In this document: positions 28,355 to 38,549 of the stretch, piece by piece
Layout: every line of letters starts with the position of its first letter
Numbering within the stretch: position 1 is the stretch's first letter
DNA from: an uncultured Spirochaetota bacterium
GTDB taxonomy: Bacteria; Spirochaetota; Spirochaetia; SZUA-6; Fen-1364
Assembly: GCA_963781885.1 (NCBI GenBank)
Contig: CAWAHW010000007.1
Coordinates: forward strand, 384,001 to 448,000
DNA: 64,000 nucleotides
Direction: 5' to 3'
Position numbers and translations under genes: made by a program
Notes under the pieces: generated by a model
Databases searched by the model: none
What the model was told of the DNA's origin: nothing
The model's input: the letters and a program-made list of their open reading frames with translations, nothing else

Positions 28355-29110
28355 ATGAAGAGACACGCCACACCAGCCCCGAAGGACAACCCCCCGCCTA
28401 CCCCCCGGCAGCGCAGGATGACCCTCGTGCGCTTTCTCCTTCTTGCCGGCCTGATCGCTTCCGCGGTGGGCGCCTTTGCCGCCACGCCCGAGACGCTCGA
28501 CATCGCCATCAAGCGCATCAACACGGCCCAGCCGCCCCGGCTCGTGCAGGACGTGCTCCTCCTCAGCTACCGCCCCGACCGGCCGACGCGCTTCGTCGGC
28601 GCCCGGTTTGCACACGAGTCGTGGAAGGTGCTGCATCCGTACGTCGTGAATGACAAAGGCATCTTCGTGTTGGAATATCCCTGGCCCGAGGGAGCGACGG
28701 AGATACGCTACCGGATAGAGGTCGACGGCCTCTGGACGACGGATCCCGCCAATCACGTCGTCGACACGGATGCGGCGGGCAACGAATTCTCCGTGTTCAC
28801 CGTGGACAGGGCGCCGGACCGTCGGCTTGTCAGTCCGCGGAAAGAGAGCGACGGCTCCTACACTTTCACGTTCACCGGATTGCCCGGCCACCGGGTCTCG
28901 CTGGAGGGCGACTTCAACGACTGGGACCCGTTCGTCGACACCCTGGAGGAAACGTCACCGGGTGTGTACACGGTCACGCTCCGCATCCCGCCGGGCCGGC
29001 ACTGGTACGTCTTTCTTTCGGACGGGCTCCGCATCCTCGACCGGCTGAACGGCGACACCGGGGTGGATCCCGACGGCCGTGCCGTGAGCTATTTCTCCCC
29101 CTCCTCCTGA
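28355..29110 (+). CDS. Secreted protein with two CBM48/AMPK-beta-like (isoamylase early set) domains
   Basis: Signal peptide from 28418 (alternative start); YRIEVDGLWTTDPAN and V.L.GDFNDWDP...PGVY...L.IPPG.H.Y.F..DG motifs. Confidence 0.8.
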   Translation: MKRHATPAPKDNPPPTPRQRRMTLVRFLLLAGLIASAVGAFAATPETLDIAIKRINTAQPPRLVQDVLLLSYRPDRPTRFVGARFAHESWKVLHPYVVNDKGIFVLEYPWPEGATEIRYRIEVDGLWTTDPANHVVDTDAAGNEFSVFTVDRAPDRRLVSPRKESDGSYTFTFTGLPGHRVSLEGDFNDWDPFVDTLEETSPGVYTVTLRIPPGRHWYVFLSDGLRILDRLNGDTGVDPDGRAVSYFSPSS

Positions 29111-29685
29111 GATTCCCGCACCGGGTATTCCTTTCCCCAGGCGTCCAGGGAGACGATCGATGACAGGGGCATGCGGACGCGGGGTCGCGGCCCGAGCTCC
29201 GGCGCGGGATAGCCGACGGCGATCAACGCGACGACCTGCACGTGGAAGGGCGCCCGCAGCGCGCGCCGCGCGGCGCGCCTGTTGAACCAGCCGATCCAGC
29301 ACGTTCCCAGCCCGAGCTCTTCCGCGCGGAGCACGAGGTGCTCGCCGGCGATGCCGCAGTCCAACTGGTACATCGCGCCGTCTTTCACGGCCTTTCCCGC
29401 CTCCACGACGCCTCCGCGCCGCGCGCAGAGCGCGATGATCAGGGGCGCGCGGGCCGCAAACCGGGTGGGGGAGAATATGCCCGAGAAGCTCGCGCGGGCA
29501 AGCCTTTCCCGCGCCGCGGCGTCCTTCACCACGATGAAGCGGCACGGCTGGGAGTTCTCCGCGGAAGGCGCAAGGCGCGCGCACTCCAGCAGGGAGGCGA
29601 TGGCATCGTCCGGCACGGCGCGCTCCGCGTAGCGGCGGACGCTCTGCCGATGGTGCACGAGCTCGGTAAAGGGCGAGCGGCTCAT
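29089..29685 (-). CDS. Nitroreductase family protein
   Basis: RQSVRRY, ARLAPSAENSQP, D.GIA.EHLVL.AEELGLGTCWIG, IAVGYP. Confidence 0.92.
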   Translation of the reverse strand: MSRSPFTELVHHRQSVRRYAERAVPDDAIASLLECARLAPSAENSQPCRFIVVKDAAARERLARASFSGIFSPTRFAARAPLIIALCARRGGVVEAGKAVKDGAMYQLDCGIAGEHLVLRAEELGLGTCWIGWFNRRAARRALRAPFHVQVVALIAVGYPAPELGPRPRVRMPLSSIVSLDAWGKEYPVRESQEEGEK

Positions 29686-30947
29686 CCCGCGGCCTTGTGA
29701 TTCCGCGCCGCGTCCTGAAGACGGTGGATGCCGTCGAACCACTTCAGCGCGCTTTCGTTGCGGAAGGGGATGCGATAGAGCCTGCCGTCGTAGGTGAAGT
29801 GCAGCTTGTCCCCCGGGTCGACGGACAGCGCGCCTATTGCCCCGAGGGGCGCGGAGAGCGGGATGCCGATGCGGGTGCGAAAGAGGAGGCGGCGACCGGT
29901 GAGGAACGCGCGGCCGAAGGCGAAGAGCCGCAGGTTGGGGAAGGTCTCCTGCTTGAACAGGAAACGCGGCCGGGAGATGAGGTAGATCTTCTCTCCCGGC
30001 GCAAGCCCCAGCCGCACCTCGCTGCGGATGGGGGTGTAGTCCATCTCGACGATATGCTTGTAATGCCAGGGAAGCGGGATCCAGTTGCCTTCCGCGTGCC
30101 CGGTCTCGTCGGCCAGGGAGAGACGGCATGCGGCGTCAATGACCCACGTGCTGAAGCAGCTCGAGCACTCGACCATGTTCGTGCTGAAGGGACGCACGAG
30201 CTTCAAGCCTTCCATCGTGCCGCAGCTCGGACAGCGATAGAGGACGCGCGTAACATTGACGGCGAGCCCCGTCTGGCGACCGCGCGCGGCCGTTGCCGGG
30301 GAATCGAACTCATGGGTGGTGATCGCCGCGGCGATCCGGGAAAGGATCTCCGAATCACTCTTGGGAATGGTGGTGGGCGTGAAGAGCTGGGAGAACTCGC
30401 CCCGCACGGGGAGCCGGCGTATCTTGCGCGCCCAGCGCGGGTAGGTGAGGTACGCCCCTTCCAGCCGGCAGACGTAGACGGGAACCTTCAGCTTGCGGAT
30501 CAGCTTCGCGATGCCGGTGAAAAGGGGCTGCAGGGAGCCGTCCCACGTGCGCACGCCTTCCGGGAACACGCCGACCAGGCCGCCCTTTTCCACGAGTGAA
30601 AAGATGGTGCGGAGCGCTGCCATGTCGGACGCCGCCTTGCGCTTGGGGAATGCGCCGAACGACCTGATGAGCAAACCGAGGAATCGGCTGCGAAAAAGGT
30701 CCTCCGTGGCGGCGAAGTAGACGGGCCGGCGCAGCAGGGCGTAGAGCCAGATCGGGTCAAAGAGGGTCGTGTGATTGGAAAGAATGATGCCCGCCCCGGT
30801 GGGAGGGACGACGGACGCATTGTCCGGCGTGAGCTGGAAATAGCTTTTGATGAAACCGCGCAAAATACCCATCATGACGCGGTAGAAGATGCGGTTGACG
30901 ACCCGCGGCTTGCGGAAAATCGTCGAGGACCCGTTTGTGTCCGCCAT
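29682..30947 (-). CDS. PlsC-type lysophospholipid acyltransferase with C-terminal extension
   Basis: NHTTLFD (HX4D) and FPEG.R motifs, followed by CPSC...CSSC zinc ribbon. Confidence 0.85.
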   Translation of the reverse strand: MADTNGSSTIFRKPRVVNRIFYRVMMGILRGFIKSYFQLTPDNASVVPPTGAGIILSNHTTLFDPIWLYALLRRPVYFAATEDLFRSRFLGLLIRSFGAFPKRKAASDMAALRTIFSLVEKGGLVGVFPEGVRTWDGSLQPLFTGIAKLIRKLKVPVYVCRLEGAYLTYPRWARKIRRLPVRGEFSQLFTPTTIPKSDSEILSRIAAAITTHEFDSPATAARGRQTGLAVNVTRVLYRCPSCGTMEGLKLVRPFSTNMVECSSCFSTWVIDAACRLSLADETGHAEGNWIPLPWHYKHIVEMDYTPIRSEVRLGLAPGEKIYLISRPRFLFKQETFPNLRLFAFGRAFLTGRRLLFRTRIGIPLSAPLGAIGALSVDPGDKLHFTYDGRLYRIPFRNESALKWFDGIHRLQDAARNHKAAG

Positions 30948-31040
30948 CGTGAGAAAGATAGCGAAACCCTCGGGGGGACGCAAGCGCTGCCGTGACCGGT
31001 GGGAACGCAGGGCCGCCCGCTCCCGGCGGCCGTCAGCTCG

Positions 31041-34000
31041 TCAGCTGCACCCCGTCGTCGAGCCGCAGGTGTCGCATCTCATGCAGGTGCCGCTGCGCAC
31101 GAGCGTGAAGTGGCCGCAGACCGGGCAGGGGTCGCCCTCGTAGCCTTTCATTTTCGCGACGTGCACCTCGTTGTCCAGCGCCGCCACCTCGCCGTGACCG
31201 TTGGCGTGATCGTCGCGCGCGCCGTTGTTGCGGTTCGTGGTGGTGGCAATGAGGTCATCGGGTTTCACTTGCACGAGGTCCGTCCGTCCCAGGTAGGACA
31301 GGGCGAGGTCGCGGAAGATGAAGTCCAGCACGGAGGTGGTCATCTTGATGTGGTCGTGGCCGCTCACCATGCCGTTGGGCTCGAAGCGCGTGAAGGTGAA
31401 TGCATCCACGTACTCTTCAAGGGGCACGCCGTACTGCAGCCCGAGGGAGACGGCGATGGCGAAGCTGTTGAGCAGGGAGCGGAACGCCGCGCCCTCCTTG
31501 TGCATGTCGAGGAATATCTCGCCCAGCGTGCCGTCTTCGTACTGGCCGGTGCGCAGGAAGATGCTGTGGCCGCCGATCTTGGCCTTCTGCGTGTAGCCGA
31601 ATCTCTTTGCCGGCAGAGGGTCGCGCCTCTTGGCGTGGCCGGGGGCAAGGGCCAGGCCGATGTGCGAGTCCCCGGTTTCCTTACTGATGGCAAGAACCGC
31701 CGCCGCCGCGGAATCCGACCCGGGCATGAGCGAGGACAGGGGCTGGCTCAGCTTCGAGCCGTCGCGGTAGAGCGCGATGGCCTTCAGCATCTTGCGCCAC
31801 GACATGAGGTAGGCGCCCTTGATGTCGTCGATGGAGGCGTTGGACGGCATGTTGATGGTCTTGGAGATCGCACCGGAGATGAAGGGCTGCACGGCCGCCA
31901 TCATCTCGATGTGGGCCTTCCACGGGATGGAGCGCTTGCCGATCTTGCCGTTCGGGGAGGCGGTGTCGAACACCGCGTAATGTTCCGGCTTCAGGTGCGG
32001 CGCGCCTTCAATGGTCATCGTGCCGCACGCGTACAGGTCCGCGGCCTCGATGTCGGCGGCGCTGAACCCGAGGTGGGCGAGCAGGGAGAAGCCCGCCTGC
32101 GTGAAGGTGGTTTCCGGGATGCCGAGATTCGCCTCCAGGAACTCCTTGCCCAGCACCACCCATGAGAAGGAGAACGCCGTGGAGAAGGCATTCGCCAGGG
32201 AGGCGTTCACCTTCTGGATCGCCTCTTCAGAGAAGCCCTTCTGCCGCAGGGCGTCCGTGGAGATCGCCGGCGCGCCGTCCAGCGTGCCGCTGCCCAGGCA
32301 GTAACGCACGATCTCCTGGATCTGCTTCTCGTCGTAGCCGAGCTTGCGCAGGGCAGGGGGAAGGGACGTGTTGATGATCTTGAAGTAGCCGCCGCCGGCG
32401 AGCTTCTTGAACTTCACGAGGCTGAAATCGGGCTCCACGCCGGTGGTGTCGCAGTCCATGACGAGCCCGATGGTGCCCGTGGGCGCGATAGCCGTCACCT
32501 GCGCATTGCGGTAGCCGTACTTCTCTCCCAGGGAGAGGGCGCGGTCCCAGCCGCGGCGTGCCGCCGCCATGAGGTCCGGCGGGCAGAAGAGGGCGATCGA
32601 TGGGCTGCGGAACGACCGACAGGCCTTCATACTCGTCCGCGGCGGCGCCGTAGGCCGCGCGGCCGTGGTTGCGGATGACGCGGAGCATGGATTCCCGGTT
32701 CGCGGTGAAGCGCGGGAACGGGCCGAGCTCCGCGGCCATCTCGGCGGAGGTCGCGTAGGCTTCCGCGGACAGGATGGCGGAGAGCGCCGCGGCAATGGCG
32801 CGGCCTTCCGCGCTGTCGTACGGGATGCCCATGACCATGAGCAGCGTGCCGAGGTTTGCGTACCCGAGGCCGAGCGTGCGGAAATCGTAGCTCTTGCGGG
32901 CGATCTCCTTGCTGGGGAACTGCGCCATGAGGACGCTGATCTCCAGCACCATGGTCCAGAGGCGTATCGCGTGACGCAGGTCCTCGATCCTGATCTCCCC
33001 GGTCTCCTGGTCGAAGAAGGTCATGAGGTTGAGCGATGCGAGATTGCACGCCGTGTCGTCCAGGAACATGTACTCCGAGCAGGGATTGGACCCGCGGATC
33101 TCACCGTCCTGGGGGCAGGTATGCCAGTCGTTCACCGTCGTATGGAACTGGAGGCCGGGGTCCGCGCAGAGCCACGCGGCCGTTGCGATCCGCTCCCAGA
33201 TCTCGCGCGCCTTCACACGTTCCCGTGTCTTGCCGTCCGTGCGGTTGACGAGCTCCCACCATCCATCGTCCAGCACCGCCTGCATGAAGGTGTCGGTGAG
33301 GCGCAGCGAATTGTTGGAGGACTGTCCGCTCACCGTGTTGTACGCCTCGGAGTCCCAGTCGGTGGTGTACTCTTCCGGCTCGAACTCCCAGATGCCCTGT
33401 TCGGCGAGCTGGATCACCTGGTGCACCCACGAGGCCGGGACCTCGTCGTGCAGCGCTTCGCGCACCGCGCGCTCAAGCTCCTTGTTCTTCCGCGGGTCGA
33501 AGCTGGCGGCGCCATTGCCGTTGCTGTGGTCTTCGGGAGACTGCCGGCACGCCTCCAGGATCTGCCGCGTGTGCCGGCGGAGTATCCTGCTGCCCGTCAC
33601 CATGGCGGCGACCTTGCGCTCCTCCTCCGCCTTCCAGTCGATGTAACGGAACACGTCGGGGTGGTCCGCATCCAGCGTGACCATGCGCGCCGCGCGCCGC
33701 GTGGTGCCGCCGCTTTTTATGGAAGAGGCGGAGCGGTCGCTCACCTTGAGGAAAGAAAGAAGCCCGGACGACGCCCCACCGCCGGAAAGCGGCTCGTTGG
33801 AAGACCGCAGCTTCGAGTAGTTCGTGCCCGTGCCTGAACCGTACTTGAAGAGGCGCGCCTCCCGGGTGATGAGGTCCATGATGCCGCCTTCATTCACCAG
33901 GTCGTCTTCTATGGAGAGGATGAAACAGGCATGAGGCTGCGGGTGCTCGTAGGCGCTCGTTGCCTTCTCCACCTCACCGGTGTCGGGATTCACGAAGTAG

Positions 34001-34551
34001 TGGCCCTGCGCGGGGCCTTTCAGGCCGTACACGGCGTAGAGACCGGTGTTGAACCACTGGGGCGAGTTGGGCGCACCCATCTGCCGGGCAAGGATGAAGC
34101 ACATCTCGTCGTAGAAGGCCTGCGCATCCTCTTCCGTCGTGAAGTACTTGTAGCGTCTGCCCCAGTCGGTCCACGTGTAGGCCAGGCGATGGAAGACCTG
34201 CCGCGCATCGGTTTCGCCGCGGGTGGCGCTCTCCGGAGCCGCGCTTCCGTTGCTGCCATTGGCGCCGGGCGCGGGCGAGGCGACCGCCGCTCCCGCGCCT
34301 GCTGCGCCGCCGACGGCGGCCCCGACGGGAACCGCGCCGACGGGCGCCGGGGTGGTCACACCGCGCTTGCGGAAGTACTTCTGCGCGAGGATGTCGGTGG
34401 CGATCTGCGACCAGTGCGTAGGAACGACGACATTATCCTGGTGGAATATGGGCGTGCCGTCGGGATTGCGGATCTCCGACGTGCGTGGCTCGAATGAAAT
34501 ACCTGCGTAAGGGCTTTCCCCGGACCGGGTGAAGCGCCGTTGAATCTCCAT
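31041..34551 (-). CDS. nrdJ: Adenosylcobalamin-dependent (class II) ribonucleotide reductase, frameshifted near 32594
   Basis: [21 protein letters not shown]...[36 protein letters not shown]-terminal CPVC/CDTC; split over ORFs 32227-34551 and 31041-32795. Confidence 0.93.
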
Positions 34552-34589
34552 AGTCCCCTCCCATTGGAAACTCGGCGAGACGGAGTACT

Positions 34590-34619
34590 AGTTTAACAGG
34601 ATCGACTTGCGGAAGGCAA
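34590..34619 (-). promoter_or_regulatory. sigma70 promoter of nrdJ
   Basis: TTGCCT-18bp-TAAACT with extended TG; same TGTTAAACT -10 element as the porin promoter. Confidence 0.55.
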
Positions 34620-34658
34620 GAGGAATCTTTTTTTTCGCGTCGTCGATCCCCGAAATCG

Positions 34659-36272
34659 TCACGGGGCCGCCTCCTGGACCCCGAATGACTGGCCCCCCGG
34701 GGGACCTCCTGCCCCCTGGACCGCCGTATCCAGCACGTCGAAAGCCTTCAGGAAGGCCGTCGGGTGGGTGGCGGCGAGCTGATGCGCCAGGGATGCCCCG
34801 TGCGCCGACCAGGAGCGCATGCGCGAGAGGGTGATGTCCTGGAATCCCATGACGGCGGACCGCGCCTGCTGCATGAGGTAGCTCTGGAACTCGTTCACGA
34901 CGAGATAATGGTCCGTCGTGTCGTAGTTGTTGTGGGAAAGGTATTCGGTCCAAACGTCCTGCTCGATCGGTGAGAGCGACTCCCACTCCTTCTCCGTCGC
35001 ATCGCGGAACGCGGGCAGGGAGAAGTAGATGCCGTGGAAGCTCTCATGGGTCAGGAGGAGGTTTCGCAGCAGCGGCGAAGAGCTGCGCGAGATCGAAAGG
35101 ATGGAGCCTTCGCCCGGTGTGTAGCCGCTGTCCGCTTTTTTGATGACGCCATTGCTCAGCAGGATCCGTGCCAGGGTGTTCTCCTCCACAGAAAGGGACG
35201 TCCCGGCCTGCGTGAAGAAGCGCGCAAGGTCCTCCGCCCGGTAATCGTGGGCATTGTAGGCGTGGAACGAGGCAAGCGCGGCCTCCGTTTCGAGCCTGCC
35301 GGCGTGCCCCGCTTTTTCGACGAAGAAAGCCAGTCTCTTGAAGAAGGCGTCCTGCACGTCGTAGGTGGAAAAATCCAGGATCAGCACCTGCGGAAAGCGT
35401 GTCCAGGAGAAAAGCTCGTAGTCGGGCGTGCGCCACGCCGACCGGTCCCACGTGAGGACGGCGCCCGGGTCCGCGGGAAGCGGCGCGCCGACCGGTACAT
35501 GGGAAACCCGGAAGCTGCCGAGCCTTCCCTGGAGCATGACGTCGCGGGGAAGAAACGGCATGCTCCCGCGCGCGAAGTCCACCCGCGGGCCGCTGGAGGG
35601 GCTCAGGTCGAAAGTCACGGTCGCGCCCCCCGCATCCTTGAAGACGATCGTGCCCCCCGGCGCGACCCCCTCGAGGCTGATGAGCCACGTGCCCTGACCC
35701 ATCTCGGCCTGCGTGGCATCCGTCAGGCGCGCGCTTACCGATTCGGTCGAGGCCGACATCACCTCGACGCTGCCGTCCACGGAGAGGCCGTTCTCATCGA
35801 TGAGGAAGCCGTGCACCGAGGGTGCCGTGCCCGCGGCCCGCAGCGCCAAACTGCCCTGTGCCGCGTCGGAGGACAGCCGGTAGCCCCAGATCCTGCTCCC
35901 GCGCTCCAGCGGCACCAGGTAGCGGACGGGATTGCCCGCGGTGGCGGGAAGCGCGGCGGTCTTGAGCGTGGTGTTCTTATCGGAAAGCAGGGTCAGGGTG
36001 GCCCGCGGGATGTCGCTCGTGTAGGAGAAACCGAACGAGACGCCGTTCGTCTCAACCGTCACGGCGCGCGCCAGGTGATAGACCGGCGAGGCCGCGTGGT
36101 CCGGCCGCGGCTGAAAAAGGGCCTCGCGGTCGGCGGCGACGCGCGGTGACTGCCAGATGTCGATGCGCGCCCCTTCGGCGGTCTGGAAGGCGAATGTCTC
36201 GAACCTGCCCGAGCAGCCCGCCGCGAAGACGACGACGGACAGGAGGAGGAATGCATGGAGGATCTGCTTCAT
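34659..36272 (-). CDS. Lipoprotein with putative zinc metallopeptidase domain
   Basis: Lipobox FAAG-C; LLTHESFHG (HExxH) and downstream VVNEFQSY. Confidence 0.72.
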   Translation of the reverse strand: MKQILHAFLLLSVVVFAAGCSGRFETFAFQTAEGARIDIWQSPRVAADREALFQPRPDHAASPVYHLARAVTVETNGVSFGFSYTSDIPRATLTLLSDKNTTLKTAALPATAGNPVRYLVPLERGSRIWGYRLSSDAAQGSLALRAAGTAPSVHGFLIDENGLSVDGSVEVMSASTESVSARLTDATQAEMGQGTWLISLEGVAPGGTIVFKDAGGATVTFDLSPSSGPRVDFARGSMPFLPRDVMLQGRLGSFRVSHVPVGAPLPADPGAVLTWDRSAWRTPDYELFSWTRFPQVLILDFSTYDVQDAFFKRLAFFVEKAGHAGRLETEAALASFHAYNAHDYRAEDLARFFTQAGTSLSVEENTLARILLSNGVIKKADSGYTPGEGSILSISRSSSPLLRNLLLTHESFHGIYFSLPAFRDATEKEWESLSPIEQDVWTEYLSHNNYDTTDHYLVVNEFQSYLMQQARSAVMGFQDITLSRMRSWSAHGASLAHQLAATHPTAFLKAFDVLDTAVQGAGGPPGGQSFGVQEAAP

Positions 36273-37054
36273 GCCTGCTCGTCCACCGTGAAGGGCAGGA
36301 GAGCGCGCAGGATGTGCTGGGCGATCTCCCGGCGGGCGTCCATGGAAACCTCGCCGATGGGCCGCATGAAATTGTCCAGCAGTCCCATGAGCCCGTCGGG
36401 CAGCGTGGGCAGGGACGCGATGCGCTCCGCCAGCATGCGGTCGGACGGCTCGTAGCGGCGGTTGATCGCGAAGAGGAAGCTCGCGACGCAGCGCACCAAG
36501 CGTGAGGCGGACACCAGGAAGAAGAGCTGGTCGTCGCGGTGCGCGGCGGCGCCCAGGTCGGAGAGGGCCCGCTCGGCAAGGGAGAAGGCGCGCAGGCGCG
36601 TCTGCCACCAGAACTGGTCGGGCACGTGCGCGAGCGCCGAGCGGGCCTCCTCCAGCCAGCCGTCGCGCGCGAAAAGGACCTCGGCCTGCTCGATGCGGTA
36701 GAGCGGGTTCGTGCCCGGCTCGTGGAAGACCCAGGTCTGCTCGGAGATGCGCAGGAGCATGCGGTCGACGTCGGCTGATCTGACGTAATGGACGCTCGTG
36801 GGCAGCTCTTCCATCAGGAACCTGTCCACCGCGGAGACGGGCGACGTCTCGAAGGCCTGGATGCCCGGGAAGAGCTTGCTGCGCAGCTCGATGCTCGGTG
36901 CGGCCCCCGCCGTGTAGACGTCCAGGTCGATCGTGAAGTACGGATCGAACACCTCGATGTCCGCCGCTTCCCCGAGCAGGACGGCCTGCACGCCTTCCAC
37001 CTCTGAGAGACGGTCAGCGAGAAAACCCGCGATCCGCCGTACCTTGCGCTTCAT
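36269..37054 (-). CDS. Nucleotidyltransferase-like (DUF4037-type) protein
   Basis: AVLLG...D.Y..IDLDVY NTase-like motif; LFAINRRYEP..R.L helical C-terminal domain; ATGA overlap with the lipoprotein gene. Confidence 0.7.
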   Translation of the reverse strand: MKRKVRRIAGFLADRLSEVEGVQAVLLGEAADIEVFDPYFTIDLDVYTAGAAPSIELRSKLFPGIQAFETSPVSAVDRFLMEELPTSVHYVRSADVDRMLLRISEQTWVFHEPGTNPLYRIEQAEVLFARDGWLEEARSALAHVPDQFWWQTRLRAFSLAERALSDLGAAAHRDDQLFFLVSASRLVRCVASFLFAINRRYEPSDRMLAERIASLPTLPDGLMGLLDNFMRPIGEVSMDARREIAQHILRALLPFTVDEQA

Positions 37055-37197
37055 GCCGGGAATAGTAGCAGGCCCGCGGCGGTGCCGGCAAGGCGGCCCG
37101 GGCACGCGCCGGCATCGGCACCGGCGCCTTTGCGGCGCGTGCGCGGTCGTGCTACCCTCGACGCGAGTGCGGCGTGCCGCCAAAGGGAGGAGTGTCG

Positions 37198-37737
37198 ATG
37201 CAGCCCGGTGGGGTCCACCTCGTGGCGCTTGTTCCTCCCGGATCCGTCGAGGCGGAGATGGGAAAGGTGCAGGCGGCGATCTTTGCAGAGACCGGCCTTG
37301 CATCGGCAATCGCACTCCCGCCGCTGATGCCTGTTGCATTCGCGTCCGCAGCGCCGGGGCGCGATTTTCTGGACGACCTGGATCGCTCCGTGCGGGCCGG
37401 CTGGAGCGCGCGCACGGCGGGAATCGTCTGGGTGGGGGCGTGGCTCTTCCTGGCCGTGGACACGGGCGGGCTCTGGAACGGGCTGCGGGAAAGGGCGCGC
37501 GCAGGAGCCGGCGCGGAGCCGTCCTGCCCGTTTCCCGCGGCGGAAGGTTTTTGCCTGGGATGCGTCGATGCCGCGCCCGACCAGCGCTCACGCATCGCAC
37601 CGGCCATACCGCAGCTCTCGTTCAGCTCCTGTTCCCTGGCGGTCATGCGCCTGGAGTCCCCCCGCGAGGAATGGTGGCGCGAGCTGTACTGGGAAATACT
37701 GGAGGAGAAGCCGCTTCGGGGAAGGAGGGGACCGTGA
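37198..37737 (+). CDS. Hypothetical protein (degenerate 2H-phosphoesterase-like fold?)
   Basis: SD GGAGG, ATG 37198, GTGA overlap with the next gene; no intact HxT motifs. Confidence 0.55.
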   Translation: MQPGGVHLVALVPPGSVEAEMGKVQAAIFAETGLASAIALPPLMPVAFASAAPGRDFLDDLDRSVRAGWSARTAGIVWVGAWLFLAVDTGGLWNGLRERARAGAGAEPSCPFPAAEGFCLGCVDAAPDQRSRIAPAIPQLSFSSCSLAVMRLESPREEWWRELYWEILEEKPLRGRRGP

Positions 37738-38549
37738 AGTCGTTTCCCGCGTTCGGGATACTGTTCCGCTCGCGCGGCCAGGCGCCGCAGCTGCGGAAGC
37801 TCCTGATGGAAAACTCGAACCTCCCGGGTCCGCGCGGCAACCTGGAGCTCGCCCATTCTTTCGCGGAGTCCATCGCCGCCATGCACGTCGACGATTGGCA
37901 GTGGGACTTCATCATGGAGATGGCGGGCATGAGCGCAAAGGATGCGCCGGTGAACACGCCGGGGGAGTTCCTGCCCTTCTGCGCGCTCCTGGCGCTGGGT
38001 GCGATGTACGGGAACGGGCTGCCGCGTCCGCGGAGGCGCAGTGCGCTTGCCACGCTGATCGCCGCGTCCTCCGACGTGCGCTGGCGGGTGCGCGAGGGCG
38101 TCGCGCAGGGGCTGCAGCTCATCGGCGAGCGCAATCCGGCCGCGCTGCAAACCATCGTGACCGACTGGCTTCCTGCGGCATCGCTGCTGGAGATGCGGGC
38201 CATCGCGGCCGGCCTCGCGCACCCGCCGCTCCTCGGGGACGCCGCGTTCGCCCTGTTCAGCGTCGGCACCGCCCGCACGATACTCACGACTTTCACCCGC
38301 GCAGACGAGAGGGCGCGGAAGACCGAGGCATTCAAGATACTCCGCCAGGGTCTGGCGTACTGCCTGAGCGTGTATACCGCGCACTGCCCGGCGGAAGGAT
38401 TCACGCTCATGCGCAGGAGCGCGGCCGTCCGGGACTCCGACATGGCCTGGATCATCAAGGAAAACCTGAAGAAGAAGAGGCTCACGGAGCCTTTCCCCGA
38501 AGACGTGAAAAAAGTCCAGGCTATTTTAGAAGAGGCAAACGCGCGCTGA
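37734..38549 (+). CDS. HEAT-repeat protein
   Basis: SNLPGPRGNLELA, D.RWRVREGVAQGLQ and WIIKENLKKKRL motifs. Confidence 0.78.
   Translation: MKSFPAFGILFRSRGQAPQLRKLLMENSNLPGPRGNLELAHSFAESIAAMHVDDWQWDFIMEMAGMSAKDAPVNTPGEFLPFCALLALGAMYGNGLPRPRRRSALATLIAASSDVRWRVREGVAQGLQLIGERNPAALQTIVTDWLPAASLLEMRAIAAGLAHPPLLGDAAFALFSVGTARTILTTFTRADERARKTEAFKILRQGLAYCLSVYTAHCPAEGFTLMRRSAAVRDSDMAWIIKENLKKKRLTEPFPEDVKKVQAILEEANAR

Noticed and set aside
32580-32610. Programmed ribosomal frameshift or natural NrdJa/NrdJb split in nrdJ
   Set aside because: No slippery heptamer and no SD/start for a second subunit; the break falls inside the catalytic barrel; it is one of many similar indels in the window
34585-34597. 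TrpR-operator-like GTACTAGTTTAAC upstream of nrdJ
   Set aside because: Only a half-match, and it coincides with the -10 box; there is no tryptophan context
36272-37600. Extended N-termini in the ORF track (e.g. 34659-36608, 36269-37600, 36933-38549, 53956-55074)
   Set aside because: The extensions overlap neighbouring real genes; internal starts with a lipobox, SD or promoter fit better
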